From contig OZ024741.1 in the NCBI GenBank assembly GCA_964016885.1, positions 176,080,001 through 176,144,000 on the forward strand: a stretch of 64,000 nt of DNA, in the 5' to 3' direction. Numbering within the stretch: the first letter of the stretch is position 1; each line of letters starts with the position of its first letter. Positions 49,985 through 63,340 of this stretch are shown here, piece after piece. A program made the translations under genes and the position numbers. Under the pieces are notes generated by a model. It was not told where the DNA came from and made no database searches. It was given only the letters and a program-made list of their open reading frames with translations. This DNA is from Eledone cirrhosa (lineage: Eukaryota).

Positions 49985-50960
49985 CCGTGCATTTTATGGA
50001 GTTACTATCCACATGTTTTTGACATATTGAGCATGGCAATTTACTTGGTTGTCTCTGAATCATATCATCTTAATTATTTAATAAAATTTCAGTCTTTGCT
50101 GGATTTACTTTTAGATGATTTGATTCCAGATTTTATTTCCATGCCTAGAACTTCTTCTCTATCTATTCAACAGTTTCTGTCATGAGGGCTATAATAATAT
50201 AATAGTATACATGGACATCCAGTATTGAATTTCTGTTATGGCCTGGAGGACAGTAATGATTAGGAGGGACTTGAGAACTGATTTTTGGTGTATACCTAAT
50301 CACATATTAAATTCATCAATGCATCAAGTGTTAACACTCATCCTGCTAACTGCATCCCTCTACATGGATTATACTACCCTCAAAAATCATTTACCTATCC
50401 AAAGCTTCCAGGGTCGTCAAATGATTATAGAACATGGGCTTCTATCAAGACCTTTTTCAGGTCAACACTACTAAGTATAACAGGTTGGTGCAACTGTATT
50501 TGTCTAACTAGTAATATAGCATATGTAGTGCTTCTTCCTGGCCCCAAAACCAACTATCTCATCAAAATTAACTCTACCTCTAATCTACTTTGCTTTCATT
50601 CTTTCTGTAACCTTCATAACTTGATCTAACAGTTTGATACCCCTATATTTGCGACTCTCTTGTATGTCTCCCTTACTCTTGTAGCAGTTGACAATGATTC
50701 TACTAGACTAGTCATTGGGTAGTCACCTACATATGCTACTTTGTTTACTATAATAATAACAAATCTGTGACCTACTCCTTCAGATAGTTTAGCTGTCTCA
50801 GAGACAATCCCTGAAGAGGCAGCTGCCTCCTCTACCTTTATTTCTTTAAGCACCTTATCCATCATTCTGCTGTCAATTTTGCTGATCCCTCAGTTAAGTC
50901 GACTTGAAGTAAATTCTTACTCTCACATGCATTCTCCTCATTTATCAATGTATCATAACA
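49985..50960 (-). mobile_element. Strongly decayed RTE LINE RT region
   Basis: AAASSGIVSE, VDLKKVLI, KLPCSICQK remnants. Confidence 0.7.
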
Positions 50961-51632
50961 ACACTTTCATGTTTCATTTTCTTTTGGTGTAGGGTCAGTA
51001 TGGATAAGTGATTCACTGTTGTTTCATATGCATTTCTCTCTAATGATGACTTGGTTCCCTCTTGTACAGGCTCTTGCAATTTGAAATTCTTCACAACTCT
51101 GATCCTCTTGTTGCAGGATATTAGCGAACATCTTACTTTGTTCCTACCCAATATACATTGTTGTTGCTCTTCAGCCATTGCTCGATTCTGATGGAGCAGA
51201 ACTATGGAAAAATGTTTCCAAGTTTCAATTGATCCCATCTTTGTTAAAAGAAATATAATATAGCGATAACTGCACTATTCTAAATGCATATATGCATATC
51301 TTTTTTAAGATTGTAGAGTGTGATGTGAGGTATATTACATTGATATTCCTATTATGCCACACAACTATGTAGGATCTGACCCATCTCTATTTAGCACCCT
51401 GTATATATGCACCACACAGTTGTATAGTTTATTGCTGTAAGACCTGGTGGAATTGTAAAAACTGACTTGATGAATGATTCTTTTGCTTGCAATGCTTGAA
51501 TTCAATGATTGATTTTTTTCCCTGAGTATTGTTGAAAAAAAGGTTGCTTTTATCGTTTTATATACTAAATTCATTTAATAGCTTGTTCTCGCTTTTCTAC
51601 AAAATGAAATTTTTTTTCTTTTTCTTTTGTAG

Positions 51633-51719
51633 ACAACCAGCATGTTATTCTTAACCCAAACTGTACAATGCTTATATTTACAGAATGGTTAAAAAAGAAA
51701 TGTATATATGACAAAAACT
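51633..51719 (+). CDS. C22orf15: C22orf15-like exon 2 (DNQHVILNPNCTMLIFTEWLKKKCIYDKN)
   Basis: Long polypyrimidine tract plus ag, donor gtaagt, 87 nt, phase 1-1; N..C motif as in CXorf65 DNQQFLVNTNC (recalled). Confidence 0.88.
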
Positions 51720-52179
51720 GTAAGTATGTTCCAGCAATCTTTATTACAAACAACTGCAGAAAGTATCCATCTTATATTGATTTTATTATTGAAGCAGCAG
51801 CCACAGAGTGTAAGCAACTACAATACAGGAGATTATAAATGGGTAGTTGTTATATTGAATCCCACTTGCTTTAGTGCATTAGCACAATAAGCAAAGTGAA
51901 ATGGCAGTAAATATATAATGATATCGTGTATAGGCTTAAAGTCTTGAATTATTATTTTTAGTGGCGAGAGAGTATAGTCGATTAAGTAGGCTTTCAATAC
52001 ACAATGGGTAGTTTTGTAGTCGACACTTGAAGCAAAGTTAACTTCAGCAGATTTGAACACAGAACATAAATGTTGTTAGAGAATTGCAATATTTGATCTA
52101 TCTCTGTAAGGCTTGAATTTTAATCTCACTGCACTAAAAGATGCATTTTATTTACCAGCAGTTTATAAATAAAGTACAA

Positions 52180-52347
52180 GAGTGGCCTGAGGACCGAACC
52201 TTGATGTACTCTTACTTGTATCTGGAATTGCTCACTAAACTCCATTCCTACCCTGACTTTACTGACAGTATCTTTGTACAAAGTTTGCACTGTCCTCACA
52301 AGCTATTCCTCAACACCTAGTTTCCTTAGGGACCACCAGATGACAGA
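52180..52347 (-). mobile_element. RTE RT fragment
   Basis: Matches 40720-40885 (VHQGSVLRPLL). Confidence 0.8.
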
Positions 52348-52494
52348 TATATATATATATACATAAAATATATAATATATTCTCCAAATTTGCTTAAACA
52401 TACACACTTTCTTTCTGTGGCGGTTTTTTTTTCTTCTTTTCTTCTTTTTATTAAACATTTTGTCTTTGCCTTTCACCTTCAATCTCTCATTCTA

Positions 52495-52530
52495 TCTTCT
52501 GATGAAGGTCTAATGTCCGAAACATTAACA
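52495..52530 (+). ncRNA. Decayed minimal hammerhead (family of 58384)
   Basis: tctt-CTGATGA-aggtctaatgtcc-GAAA-cattaaca with mismatches in stems I, II and III. Confidence 0.55.
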
Positions 52531-52638
52531 CACTTTTCACACACAAATATCAAATCCACCTTGCACATTTACTTTTGCCTCAGCCCCTTTCATCAGTGCA
52601 TCTTAATTCTGAATCTATCATTTTCTTTTCTCTTTTAG

Positions 52639-52755
52639 TGGATATTGATTTAATGGACTTATCTGGACAGATATTAAACTTATCTTCTTCTCAGCGTTGG
52701 TATGCAAATGAAGTTATTAACATGGGTGAAACGTATATTCCTCTGTCTGTGGAGC
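52639..52755 (+). CDS. C22orf15: C22orf15-like exon 3 (LDIDLMDLSGQILNL...ETYIPLSVER)
   Basis: ttttcttttctcttttag acceptor, gtaagt donor, 117 nt, phase 1-1; IDL.D..G and YA......TY motifs of the family. Confidence 0.88.
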
Positions 52756-52804
52756 GTAAGTTAAATCCTTATACAAGATATACCAAGATTCTTTTTACTT
52801 AGTA

Positions 52805-53100
52805 GATATTGTCTATGGGTGTATATATGTCACGATAAAGAAGTATCGTGTAGATGTCATGATAAAAAAGCAGCCAGTCCAAACTGTAAGGTCGTCGTGT
52901 AGGCGCCATGATAAAAAAAGCACCAAGTACTCAGAATGAGGTTGGTGTTAGGAAGTACATCAAGCTGCAGAAATCAAGCCAAAATCAGTTCTGTATGAGC
53001 AAGACATGATCACCTGATCTGGCATTGATCACAACAAGACAACTCATCTCACCCATGCTACCGTGGAAGAATGGACATAAAACGGTGATGATGATGATGA
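52805..53100 (+). mobile_element. RTE-type 3' UTR fragment
   Basis: ggttggtgttaggaagtacatcaagctg motif; (GAT)n tail. Confidence 0.7.
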
Positions 53101-53483
53101 TATATATATATACATATATATATGTATATTATATTTTGATTTTGAATACCTCAATATGCTAATGTTTTGTACTTTAGATTTGTTAGTAGTGTTAGTAGTA
53201 AGTAATGCTTATTGTACAAATGTGCATGCCTCGGAGTATAACATATTTTTTTCTCTTCTTCCCTGTTAATTTCTTTCTGATGAAGTGTAATGCATACAAT
53301 TGCATTGGACTATGCAGTCAGCACATTTAGTTCGTTTATTTAATTGTACTAAAACATGTTAAAGATTGAACACTCAATAAATTTCTCCTTCTGACCACTT
53401 CTTCATGCCTAGTACTTCCTGTTTTTCCTGGTACCATACTTATACTTATGTGTAAAACAGTGCTCGATCTGTTGAAAGAGAGT

Positions 53484-53747
53484 TTATTTAGTGTAAAACA
53501 AAGTTTCATACATTTAGCATGTATGTACTACCAATGGTTTCAAGGTCCAGTAATGGACACCACTGTATAATGGAGGAGGCACTTTTAAACTGGCCCTTCA
53601 TTCAAGCATGTGTTTGTCCATGTGTCTGAATGAAGGGCCAGTTTAAAAATGCATCCTCCATTATATAGTAGTGGCTATGACTGGACCTCAAAACCATTGG
53701 TAGCACATACATGTTAAGTGTATGAAGCTTTGTTTACACTAAATAAA
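53484..53747. mobile_element. Fold-back element with variant hammerhead (CTGAATGA core)
   Basis: About 120-bp inverted arms; atgtgt-CTGAATGA-agggccagt..actggacct-(G/A)AAA-ccattg-GTA-gcacat. Confidence 0.6.
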
Positions 53748-53796
53748 TTTTGTATGGTGCTCCAGTGTACCAATCTACAAATATATGTACATGGAC

Positions 53797-54110
53797 CCAA
53801 GCATAGCTCAGTGGTTGAGAGTAAGAATTTCAATTAGCTATCAAAACGTAGAGCATTAAATCCAAATATTTGACATCGTGGGCAAGTAAGTGCTTTTACT
53901 ATAATTTGGGTTTTATCAAAGCTTTGTAAGTGAAATTGTGTGGAAGCCCGGCAGGTGGATTGAATTGTAGTTCATTAATCCAGTAATGCTAAGTATTGTT
54001 TCATACTGAATCTGCCTGAATAGTATGTTACGACTACACATGTTAATTCATGTGTTAAGCCTTCAGTTTATTGAACGACTGAATTCTCATTGCGGAAACC
54101 AATAAAGGAT
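53797..54110 (+). mobile_element. Decayed CORE-like SINE
   Basis: tagctcagtggttgag A-box head, gtgggcaagt core remnant. Confidence 0.45.
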
Positions 54111-54404
54111 TCATCACTGTAATGTAAATATACAGAACTGCTGACCACTCAGCAATGAGCTAAAGATTTGCTAGTGCATCTATCAATTGTGTTGAAGCTT
54201 TAAGCAAAGAATATAATTTATATTCTTATATTTAGGAACTTATCCTGATGGAAAAGAAAAACACAACAATATAATTATGAAATAATGAGCTGAAAATAGA
54301 ACCATTCTTAAATTGTTCAATCTGCTTGAAAGGGGGACATAAAAGTTAGTGCTACTGTAGCATGTAGTTTACTACAGCATATATAGTCTAATGATTGGAT
54401 TAGG

Positions 54405-57300
54405 GTTCATTTTGTAGTTGTGGTAGACTGCATGCTGAAATGTAAAGGATAAGGTAAACAACATGGTGAACTGTAAACAACTGACTAGACCACACACTGA
54501 ACTTCAAATAAAGACATAGATGCATGCTGAACAGCAAATGACCATTTAGACTGCATGCTGAACTGTAGATGACCAGGTAGACAGATCAGTGAACTGAAAA
54601 TTGTCAGGTTAACCATATGCTGAAGTTCAAATTACGAGGGGGACAAGACATTGGACTGTAAATGACCAGATTGACAGCATGGGGACCTGTAAGTGTAGAG
54701 TGAAACCACACAGAACTGTAATTCACCAGGTAGCCTGCATGCTGAACTGTAAATGACCAAGTAGACCAGATACTGAACTGTTAATTTACCAGGTAGAATG
54801 CACACTCAACTGTAAATATTTAAATAGACTGCTCTCTCAACTGTTAAAGACCAGATGGACCACACGTATTGTAAACCATGATAAAGATTACACGCTGGAT
54901 TATAAATGACCAGATAGTACATAAACTGTATTGTAAATATACAGGAAGATCATACACTGGACTTATATGACCAGTTAGACAACATGTTGAATTGTAAATG
55001 GCCAAGTAGACCACAAATTGAGCTGTAAAGAACCAGGTAAACTGCATCCTGAATTACCAATGATCCGCTTGACCTCATGTTGAACTGTAAATGAGGAAGT
55101 AGACCACTTGCTGCACTGAAAGGAGGAAGAAAATCACATGTTGAACTATAAATCAACAAGAACTGTCAATGTTCAGGTAGAGCACACTCCGAAATGTAAT
55201 TAACCAAGTAATCCACTCACTGAATAGAATATTGACTGGAATACCTCACACTGAACTGAAAATCAAGTGCACCACATGCTCCATTGCAAAGCCACCAGGC
55301 AGACAGCATGTTGAAGTATAAATGACCACTTAAACTGCATGCTGAACTGTAAATGCCAAGATAGACCACACTGAAGTGTAAATGCCCAGATAGACCATAT
55401 TGTAAATCGTAAATGACCAAGTACTCCGCACACGAAATGGTAAAAGAAAAATAAACAGGTAGACAGCACACTGAACTGTAAATGATCAAGTAGACTGCAC
55501 ACTGAACTGTAAATATAGAGGGGGAGGGGGATCACACACTAAACTGTACATGACCAGATAGATCATGCTGAATGATGAGTGACCAGGTCAATCACAGGCT
55601 AAGCAGTACATCAACAGATAGACCACATAGTGAACTGTAAATAACCAAGTAGACAATATGCTAAACTGTAAATGACCAGGTGCCACCACCCCTCGAAAAC
55701 TGAGCTGTAAATGATCAAGTAGACTCCATGGCCCAATCGAGTGCATGCTGAATGATAAATTACCAGATGGATCACACAGTGAGCTATCAATGAGCAGATA
55801 AACCACATACTGGACTGTAAATTACCAAAGACACCACATACTGAGCTGTATATGATGAAGTAAACTGTAGCTTGAATGATAAATAACCAGGTAGACCACA
55901 CTGAACTGAAAATAGACAGGTAGCCCATATGCTGAACTGTACGTGTGCAGGTAGACCATCCACAGAACTGTAAATGATCAGGTACATCCCATGCTGAACT
56001 GTAAATTGCACAGAGAACTGAGAAATTCCAGGTAACAATGGACTGTAATTGATTAGGCAGACCACATACTGAGTTGTAAATTACCAGGTAGATAATACAC
56101 TGAACTGTAAATGACTAGTTGGACTGCACACTGAACTGTAAATGACTAGGTAGACCACACACTGAACTCTAAATGACTAGTTAGACCACACACTGAACTG
56201 TAAATGACTATGTAAACTGCATGCTGAACTGTATGACAAGGCAATAAAAGAAACAGTGAACTGTAAATCATGACATAGACCACACACTGAACTGTAAGTG
56301 ACTAAGGAGAACAATTGATGAATTGCAAAGGACAAGGTTGACAACATGCTGAACTGTAACTGATGAAATAAATTGCATGTTAATTTGAAAATGACCAGAT
56401 AGTCGGCATGCTGAACTATAAATGACTAAGTAGATTACACATAATACTATAAGTGACCAGGTAGACCACATGTTCAAATGTAAACATGTAGGCAAATCAC
56501 ATGTTGAACTATATATACGACCAGGTAGACCATACACTAAACTGTAAATGACGCGTTAGACCATATGCTGAACTGCAAATATGCAGCTACCTAACACAAT
56601 GAACTGCAAATTACCAGATACACCACATGCTGCAATGCAAATGACCTAGAAGACTTCTCATTGAAATATAAATAAATAGGTAGACTGAACACTGAACTGT
56701 AAATGATGAGGTAAGCCACACACTGAGCTGTAAATAACAAGTGTAATGCTTTCTGAAGTGTAAATGATTAGATAGAACACATACTAACCATATACTGAAC
56801 TGTGTATAAACAAGTACACAACACACTGGACATGTTGCCTACATAGTGAACTGTAAATTAACCATCATTGCAAACTAGAATATAAACAGAGAGGTAGACC
56901 ACAAGCAAACTATTTACTGAACTGAACTGACAATGATAAGATAGACCACATGCTGAACTGTATATGATGAGGTAAACCACAGCTTCAACAATAATTATAC
57001 ATAGGGTCCACACCCTGAAATCTATTTGATCTACCTGGTCATTTACAGTTCAGCATGCAGTGTAAATGGTCATTTGCTATTCAGTGTGTGATCTACTTTA
57101 TCATTTACAATTCAGTATGTAGATTACCTGATCATTTACAGCACAGCATGTGGTATGCATGCTATAATGTAAATGGCCAGGTAGACCACATGTTTAACTG
57201 TAAATGACAAGGTAGACAATACATTGAACTGTAAATTGCCCGAGAGACTATCAACTCAACTGTAAATGACCAATCAGACCACACGGTGAACTGTAAATGC
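54405..57300. repeat. Degenerate satellite, unit about 31 bp (aaatgaccaggtagaccacacactgaactgt)
   Basis: Tens of diverged copies; best preserved at 56100-56230; inverted block about 57025-57160. Confidence 0.9.
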
Positions 57301-57754
57301 GATATGCTAAACTGGCAGCCGTAAGTTAATGTAGAAGATGAAATTATCCCCAAAGTCCTTCGATCATTGATCCACTATATAAGATCTAACTTGCCTGTTA
57401 AACACAAACTTCTCTACTTTAAAATTATGACCACGTCTATAATTTAGAAATAACATCACCGTCATCCTAAAACGAATAAATGGATGTCAAAATTTATGGA
57501 AAATAAACGAAAATAACTTTTATTTCATTATTAGTGAAAAGTCATTTATAATATTATCGAAAAAAAAATGCAAATTTGCAGTTCAGCCAACAAATATCTT
57601 GAAGCTACTCAACCAAAAGTTTGATTTAATACAGAGTCATTTCAATGATAAGAATTGTATCTGTATTTTCCATACCAACTAATTTTGTTGCTTATTGTTT
57701 AATCATAATAAATAATAGTATAGACATATTCAATGATATTTTTATATATTTCAG

Positions 57755-57823
57755 GCGAGAATGGAAACACTAAATATGTTTCGTTATTGGAAAATTTAGA
57801 CAAAGATCATCCTGATCTTTATA
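57755..57823 (+). CDS. C22orf15: C22orf15-like exon 4 (ENGNTKYVSLLENLDKDHPDLY)
   Basis: tttcag acceptor, gtaagt donor, 69 nt, only phase 1-1 is open; resembles TRYESLLENLDDHYPEL recalled from human C22orf15. Confidence 0.9.
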
Positions 57824-58383
57824 GTAAGTATTTTTCTTTGTGCAATATTTGTTTACTTGTGGATACAGCATGACAAAATGTTTAAGAAATCGTGTGGTCG
57901 TGGACTTGATCTCAGTGCATGGCATCTTGAACAATTATAAGTTACCATAGTTTCGAGTGAATCCAAGAATAAAATTGGGTAAACAAAAATTGTTTAAAAG
58001 TGCATCAAGTGGACTGCACTTATAATTCAATGAGTCAGCATTGTTTATCAGGTTAAAGGTGAATGCTCTGTAGAATACTTATTTGTGTGCATGTCTATTA
58101 CAAGAGCAGACAGTTCGAGTGATCAAATAGATGGTATATTAACTGTCGAAACTGATGGGATTCTATTTCATTCCATTCTCTCACTTATTCTTGAATAAGT
58201 GTCAAGATTTTTTAGTATGTGTATTTGTGTGTGTGTGTGTGGGGGGGGGGTATACATGTTTGATATCAAGCAAACGATGATATATATATGAATGTAAAAT
58301 GTAAACAGAAATAACAACACAATCGGTAGAGTATATATGGAAGGAATATATTAGGTTAACGCTTAAAAATAGCAGGAAGAGGG

Positions 58384-58419
58384 TTTTAACGTTTCGGACG
58401 CTAGTCCTTCATCAGAAGA
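58384..58419 (-). ncRNA. Minimal hammerhead ribozyme in partial tandem repeat 58309-58650
   Basis: rc tctt-CTGATGA-aggac(tagc)gtcc-GAAA-c-GTT-aaaa; second decayed copy about 215 nt further along the + strand. Confidence 0.75.
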
Positions 58420-58814
58420 AAGAATGAGAAATTAGATTGAAGGGTCGGTGGGGTGGAATGGGAAAATATGTCTTTAGATAAAAATAACAGCTTCATTCAT
58501 GTTGCCATCTCTTAAGGTAAACATAAATAACAACACAATCGGTACAGTATATGAAAGAATATATTAGGTTAACGCTTGAAATAGCAGGAAGAGGGTCTTA
58601 ACGTTTTGGACGCTAGTCTTTAATCAAAAGAAAGAATGAGAAATTATAAGGATTGATGGGATGGGCAGGACGATATACATATAGTTTAATTGTTTGTAAC
58701 TTCACGTTACAATTGGTTGACCAACTTGAGCACTCGATGCATAGTTGGGTCCGTTTTAGTATAGAATGTGGTGTTGTACATTTGGTCTTATACTATGGTC
58801 GGTTAATGATAATA

Positions 58815-59177
58815 ATTGTTTCTACTTTTGGCACAAGGCCCGCAATTATCCCAGTGCATTACTGGTACTTTATTTTATCGACCCCGTAAGGATGAAAGGC
58901 AAAGTCAACCTCGACGGGATTTGAACTCAGACCGTAAAAGGACGTAATTATGCTAGAAAGCATGGCGTCCGACCCTCTACCGATACTGCCAATCAACCGT
59001 TAATGCTAATATGTGTTTCTACGTTAGGCACAAGGCCAGCAATTACCCAGTGTATTACTGGTACTTTATTTTATCGACCCCGTATAAAGTTAACCTCGGC
59101 GGGATTTGAACTCAGAATGGCAAGGGCCTACCTCTATGCGTCAAAGCAAGGCGTCCGACCCTCTCCCAATACTGTCA
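58815..59177 (-). mobile_element. Two tandem SINE family A copies
   Basis: 58815-58995 and 59014-59177. Confidence 0.9.
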
Positions 59178-60979
59178 ACGTGGAGTCAAAATATCATCCT
59201 TAAGTGTTTTCAGGTTTGATGCACGATTCCCGATTGATCAGCTGAAGGTAATAATGTGTCGATTGAGCCCGACTCTGGAATCAATAGCTCTTGTCATTAA
59301 GGAAACCATTGCTTTATTTATTTATTGTTTTACGTAAATGTTAATATACATTTCAGCAATTTACCACGTGCTTAGTAGCATTACTACAGTCACTGGACTT
59401 ATTTGAGTGAAACAAAAACGTAAATGAAACAAACAGAAATAAACATGAGACAGCACCAAAGTATGAAAACTAAATCCGTTTACAAGTTACTTCGGCTTCT
59501 ATACAATTGTTACTACAATATTTTATTTAGACTAGAGCTACAATTCTTTAATGAGGATTGAAGGCTCTGCATTCTTTCTTTAAGGAAATTAGTTTCATAT
59601 GTGGAATGAATTACATTTGACTGAAAATCAATTGAAAGTACAGATGATATTTTTGCGTTATTCTTCTCGTTGATAGATTATTTATTGAACTACTAAGGGT
59701 AAGATGCAGGGTGATGTGTCACATTCTATTCAAATATAAAAAGAGATAAAGAAAGGAAAGACATTACCTAACTGGTGATTGCCTGAATATCGACGAGATC
59801 CAGCTAAGATTGAAATACACATAGGATTGGGATTTTAAGATTGTTAATCTTCAGTACGAAGAGATAAATAGGTAATAGATTCGAACACAATTCTGTATTT
59901 TGATTTTATTTATAATCTTTGATACTAAATACCAAAATATCAAATACATTATCCACTTCACAAAATTAAACAGAAAAGACTCATCCAAACTACGCTTGAT
60001 ACTAAAGATTAATTTAGATTCTCTGTCATGATAAATAAGAAAATGGATGTTAGGCATGAAGCTGTATTTTCAAATTCATATTCTGTTACTGCTTATGGAC
60101 AATATACTTAACTTCCAATAGCTGATTCAGCAAGATGTGTGTGCTGGTACAGTTTACCAAGTTATCTCACCTCTGACCTAGACACATAATTTTCAATAAA
60201 TGTCTCAACTAGATTTATGTAAACGTAAGTAAATTGTACATTTCATAACACTGAAAACATATAGACTGATTTGTTAGCTTTCAAACATGAGCTCAGACTC
60301 ACCTGGAAGTGTTCAGAAAGTAATGGCAAACGTCCGCAGCTGTTAAATACTCTGCTAGGAAACATTTTAAATCGTTGCCCTACAGTTTAGAAATATTTTA
60401 GCTATATCTCTCCCAGACCAAACCTTATTCGTTTCTTTATACTAGATATATGTGCAGGCACATGGCTTAGCGGTTAGGTTGCTGGGCTTACGTTCAAAAA
60501 GTCGTGACACCAACAGCAACTCAATACTAATGCAACTAGGGTGAACAGAAGCAATGACATATTATAGCTTTATAATTTTATTCCCACCGATGAGAAAATT
60601 CGTGACACTGGTCTCTCCATTCTGAAAGATAAACACTTCTCGCAGATGAGAATGTCCCCATGATCTATGGACCATACTAAGCTTATCCATTTAGCTAGCC
60701 TGATTTTCAGTCATCTGCAATTGATACTGGAGGTCGAATCTTTACAAGTAAGTACACGAGAAAAAAGAAATTACCTCTAATTAAGTGCCTATCTACATTA
60801 ACATTGTTATCCAAATGTTTCTATATTTCACATTTCACTTGTCAAGCCAAACGTCAATGCATGCACTATGCTATTATAAATAACACCAAAGAAATTTTAA
60901 TCTATTTAATTAGAATGGATATTTCCAGTTTTTCTTCTATACTTATCAATAATGTAACGAAATGACATTGTTCTTGCAG

Positions 60980-61104
60980 ATAAGTTGGAAAGTTTCTCGG
61001 GAAGTTCCAAACCTCAGACAAGAAGTGTAAGTGAGAAATCAAAAAAGTCTGGCAAAAGTCATAAATTGAAGTCGGCACATTCGGCAAACATAAATCAGCG
61101 CTAG
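60980..61104 (+). CDS. C22orf15: C22orf15-like terminal coding exon (NKLESFSGSSKPQTR...NINQR*)
   Basis: ttcttgcag acceptor, phase 1, basic low-complexity tail, TAG at 61102-61104; an internal gtaagt at 61027 could be an alternative donor. Confidence 0.75.
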
Positions 61105-61682
61105 CAGGCCAGCAAATTAATGCCTATGACTATGAACCAAACATTTCGCTTGAATTTAAAGTTCCTTCCTTCCGATCCTTTGAGGAAATAGATTTTGGAA
61201 GCAGATGACACATCTTACATGTACTATCTCCTTTTTAACAACCCACCCGGAAATATCCTGTGTTTGTATTGAATTTTAATGCATAAATAATGTAAAGGAA
61301 AAGCCCGAGGTAGTTTTACAGAAAAGATTATCTATTGATGTACATGAATCCTCAAACAATCAATTCAATTGATTAGCATGGTTAGCTTTACAGTAAAGTA
61401 TAAAGTCCCTCAAATTAAAGGGACGGAATAACTATTGATCCGATGTTCAAGAAACAATTCGCGATATTAATATTAAACCATTTTCTTACAAGTTAACAGG
61501 TCATTGAACGATACCGTATCCTGTGCAAATGTATAATAGCACAGTAGATATTATTTTCTGTGACTGTTTTGAACCCATTAAGGAAGAATCATTGTATTGA
61601 CTAAAAAACATACTAATAAATTCACACATCTGCTTCACAACTATTGACTCACGCGAATCCTGGTTTACAGATATAGAAGCTG

Positions 61683-61777
<95 letters not shown>

Positions 61778-61856
61778 TTATCTTCCTCTCTCTCTCTCCG
61801 CCTCTCTCTCTGTATACCTAGCTATCTATCTATCTACTTACATACCCACCTACCTA

Positions 61857-61925
<69 letters not shown>
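61683..61925. repeat. (TATC)n-(CT)n-(TA)n compound microsatellite
   Basis: Direct inspection. Confidence 0.95.
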
Positions 61926-61933
<8 letters not shown>

Positions 61934-61965
61934 TGTATATATATATGTACATATATATATGTATA

Positions 61966-62189
61966 TATTTATTAAAATAACAGATTAAAGTTTAAGCAAA
62001 GAATCGCTGCTTTCACCCTTAACGTGATCTTTCAGAAGATCCCGTTAAGGGTGAAAGCAGCGATTCTTTGCTTAAACTTTAATCTGTTATTTTAATAAAT
62101 ATTTGCTCTACGGTTCTTATATATTTGATATATATTTATCCTTATCGATCCCTCTTTGGATTTTAGTCTTCAAATTTATTATTATTACT
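61966..62189. mobile_element. Fold-back HHR element, CAGAAGA family (HHR core 62030-62078 on +)
   Basis: ttt-CAGAAGA-tccc(gttaa)gggt-GAAA-gca..tg-CTT-aaact; same tail as 17141-17323. Confidence 0.8.
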
Positions 62190-62196
62190 ATATATG

Positions 62197-62248
<52 letters not shown>

Positions 62249-62775
62249 GGGTATAAATCGAAGTTATAGCCGCAGTATAGTAGATACCAATCGAATTGTT
62301 TGAGGCAATCACAAAAGCACTCAGTGATGTGTGAAGTTAATACGTTTTCTTCCAGAGTAAACACAAAAAGTTAATAAAGTGTGATATCAAGAATAAAGCG
62401 ACCAAAAGCATGTTGCCTTAACTACACAACAACAGCGATATATACAAACAGGTCGAACACTACCCTGGACCACTTCGAAAGGACATAAATTGATAACATT
62501 CTCCGGTAGGTTTCTGGGAACCCGGAACTATACACGACGGGTTGCCTAATGTATACGCAAGTGATAGATGTATCTGTTGATGAAACAGGAACATCCCTTT
62601 GTCGGTAGATTTTCGTTCCGGAATATCTGACTTGGTTCGGTCGCTAGAAGACATTGTGGCACTCTACTGTAGTAGTAAATTAGCTAGTGTCATCACGTGA
62701 CTTTTCTCAAAAGAGGAAGGTCAAATCGACCGAACTTTTGACGGATGAATTCAAAGTGCACACACTCTCTCTCAG

Positions 62776-62930
<155 letters not shown>

Positions 62931-63119
62931 TATATATGTATGATTAGTTAGAGTATGTGTTAGTTAATCACCGATACTTCAGTATGCAGGGTAGGGCACG
63001 CGACGTAGTACGCAGGGGGGTCTGTTTACCCCGGAGTATATTTATAAACATGAGTAAAAGTCATCTTTTGGTCTTTCTGTAGCTAATTGGCTTTGAACGG
63101 AATGTGCGACACCTTAAAT

Positions 63120-63340
63120 ATATTTGTTTTTTATTCCCCGTGTTTCTGTCACCTGTCTGTACTTCCCAGTTGTGGAAGTTGCGATCGAATTGCGACAGTT
63201 AGTCTTTGACACAATCCTTGAAACACTTCTTCCTTCATCCAACTCTCCGTAACGTATCTGCTTGGGGATACAACTATCGTCCAGCCGTATTATAGGTAGA
63301 ATATCGGACAAAATATCATTTGGCATATCCTTACGCCTCT
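63120..63340 (-). mobile_element. RTE/BovB-like 3' fragment
   Basis: IIRLDDSCIPKQIRYGELDEGR. Confidence 0.65.

Noticed and set aside
53278-53320. CTGATGA followed by a hairpin
   Set aside because: No GAAA/NUH half; at most a relic.
54236-54285. Possible alternative terminal exon (RTYPDGKEKHNNIIMK*)
   Set aside because: Phase-compatible but would drop the most conserved exon; no support without RNA data.
54405-57300. CRISPR-like periodicity
   Set aside because: Contiguous degenerate tandem units with no unique spacers, no cas genes, eukaryotic context.
59214-60747. Candidate micro-exons 59214-59247 and 60711-60747
   Set aside because: Both give stops in phase 1 after exon 4.
52730-60990. 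YIPL-x10-YVSL-x11-YNKL looked like an ITAM in a receptor tail
   Set aside because: Once exons 1-2 were found the protein has no transmembrane segment and aligns to the soluble C22orf15/CXorf65 family.
62460-62654. 64-aa ORF in a CpG-richer patch
   Set aside because: No recognisable motif or convincing splice context; cannot be supported.
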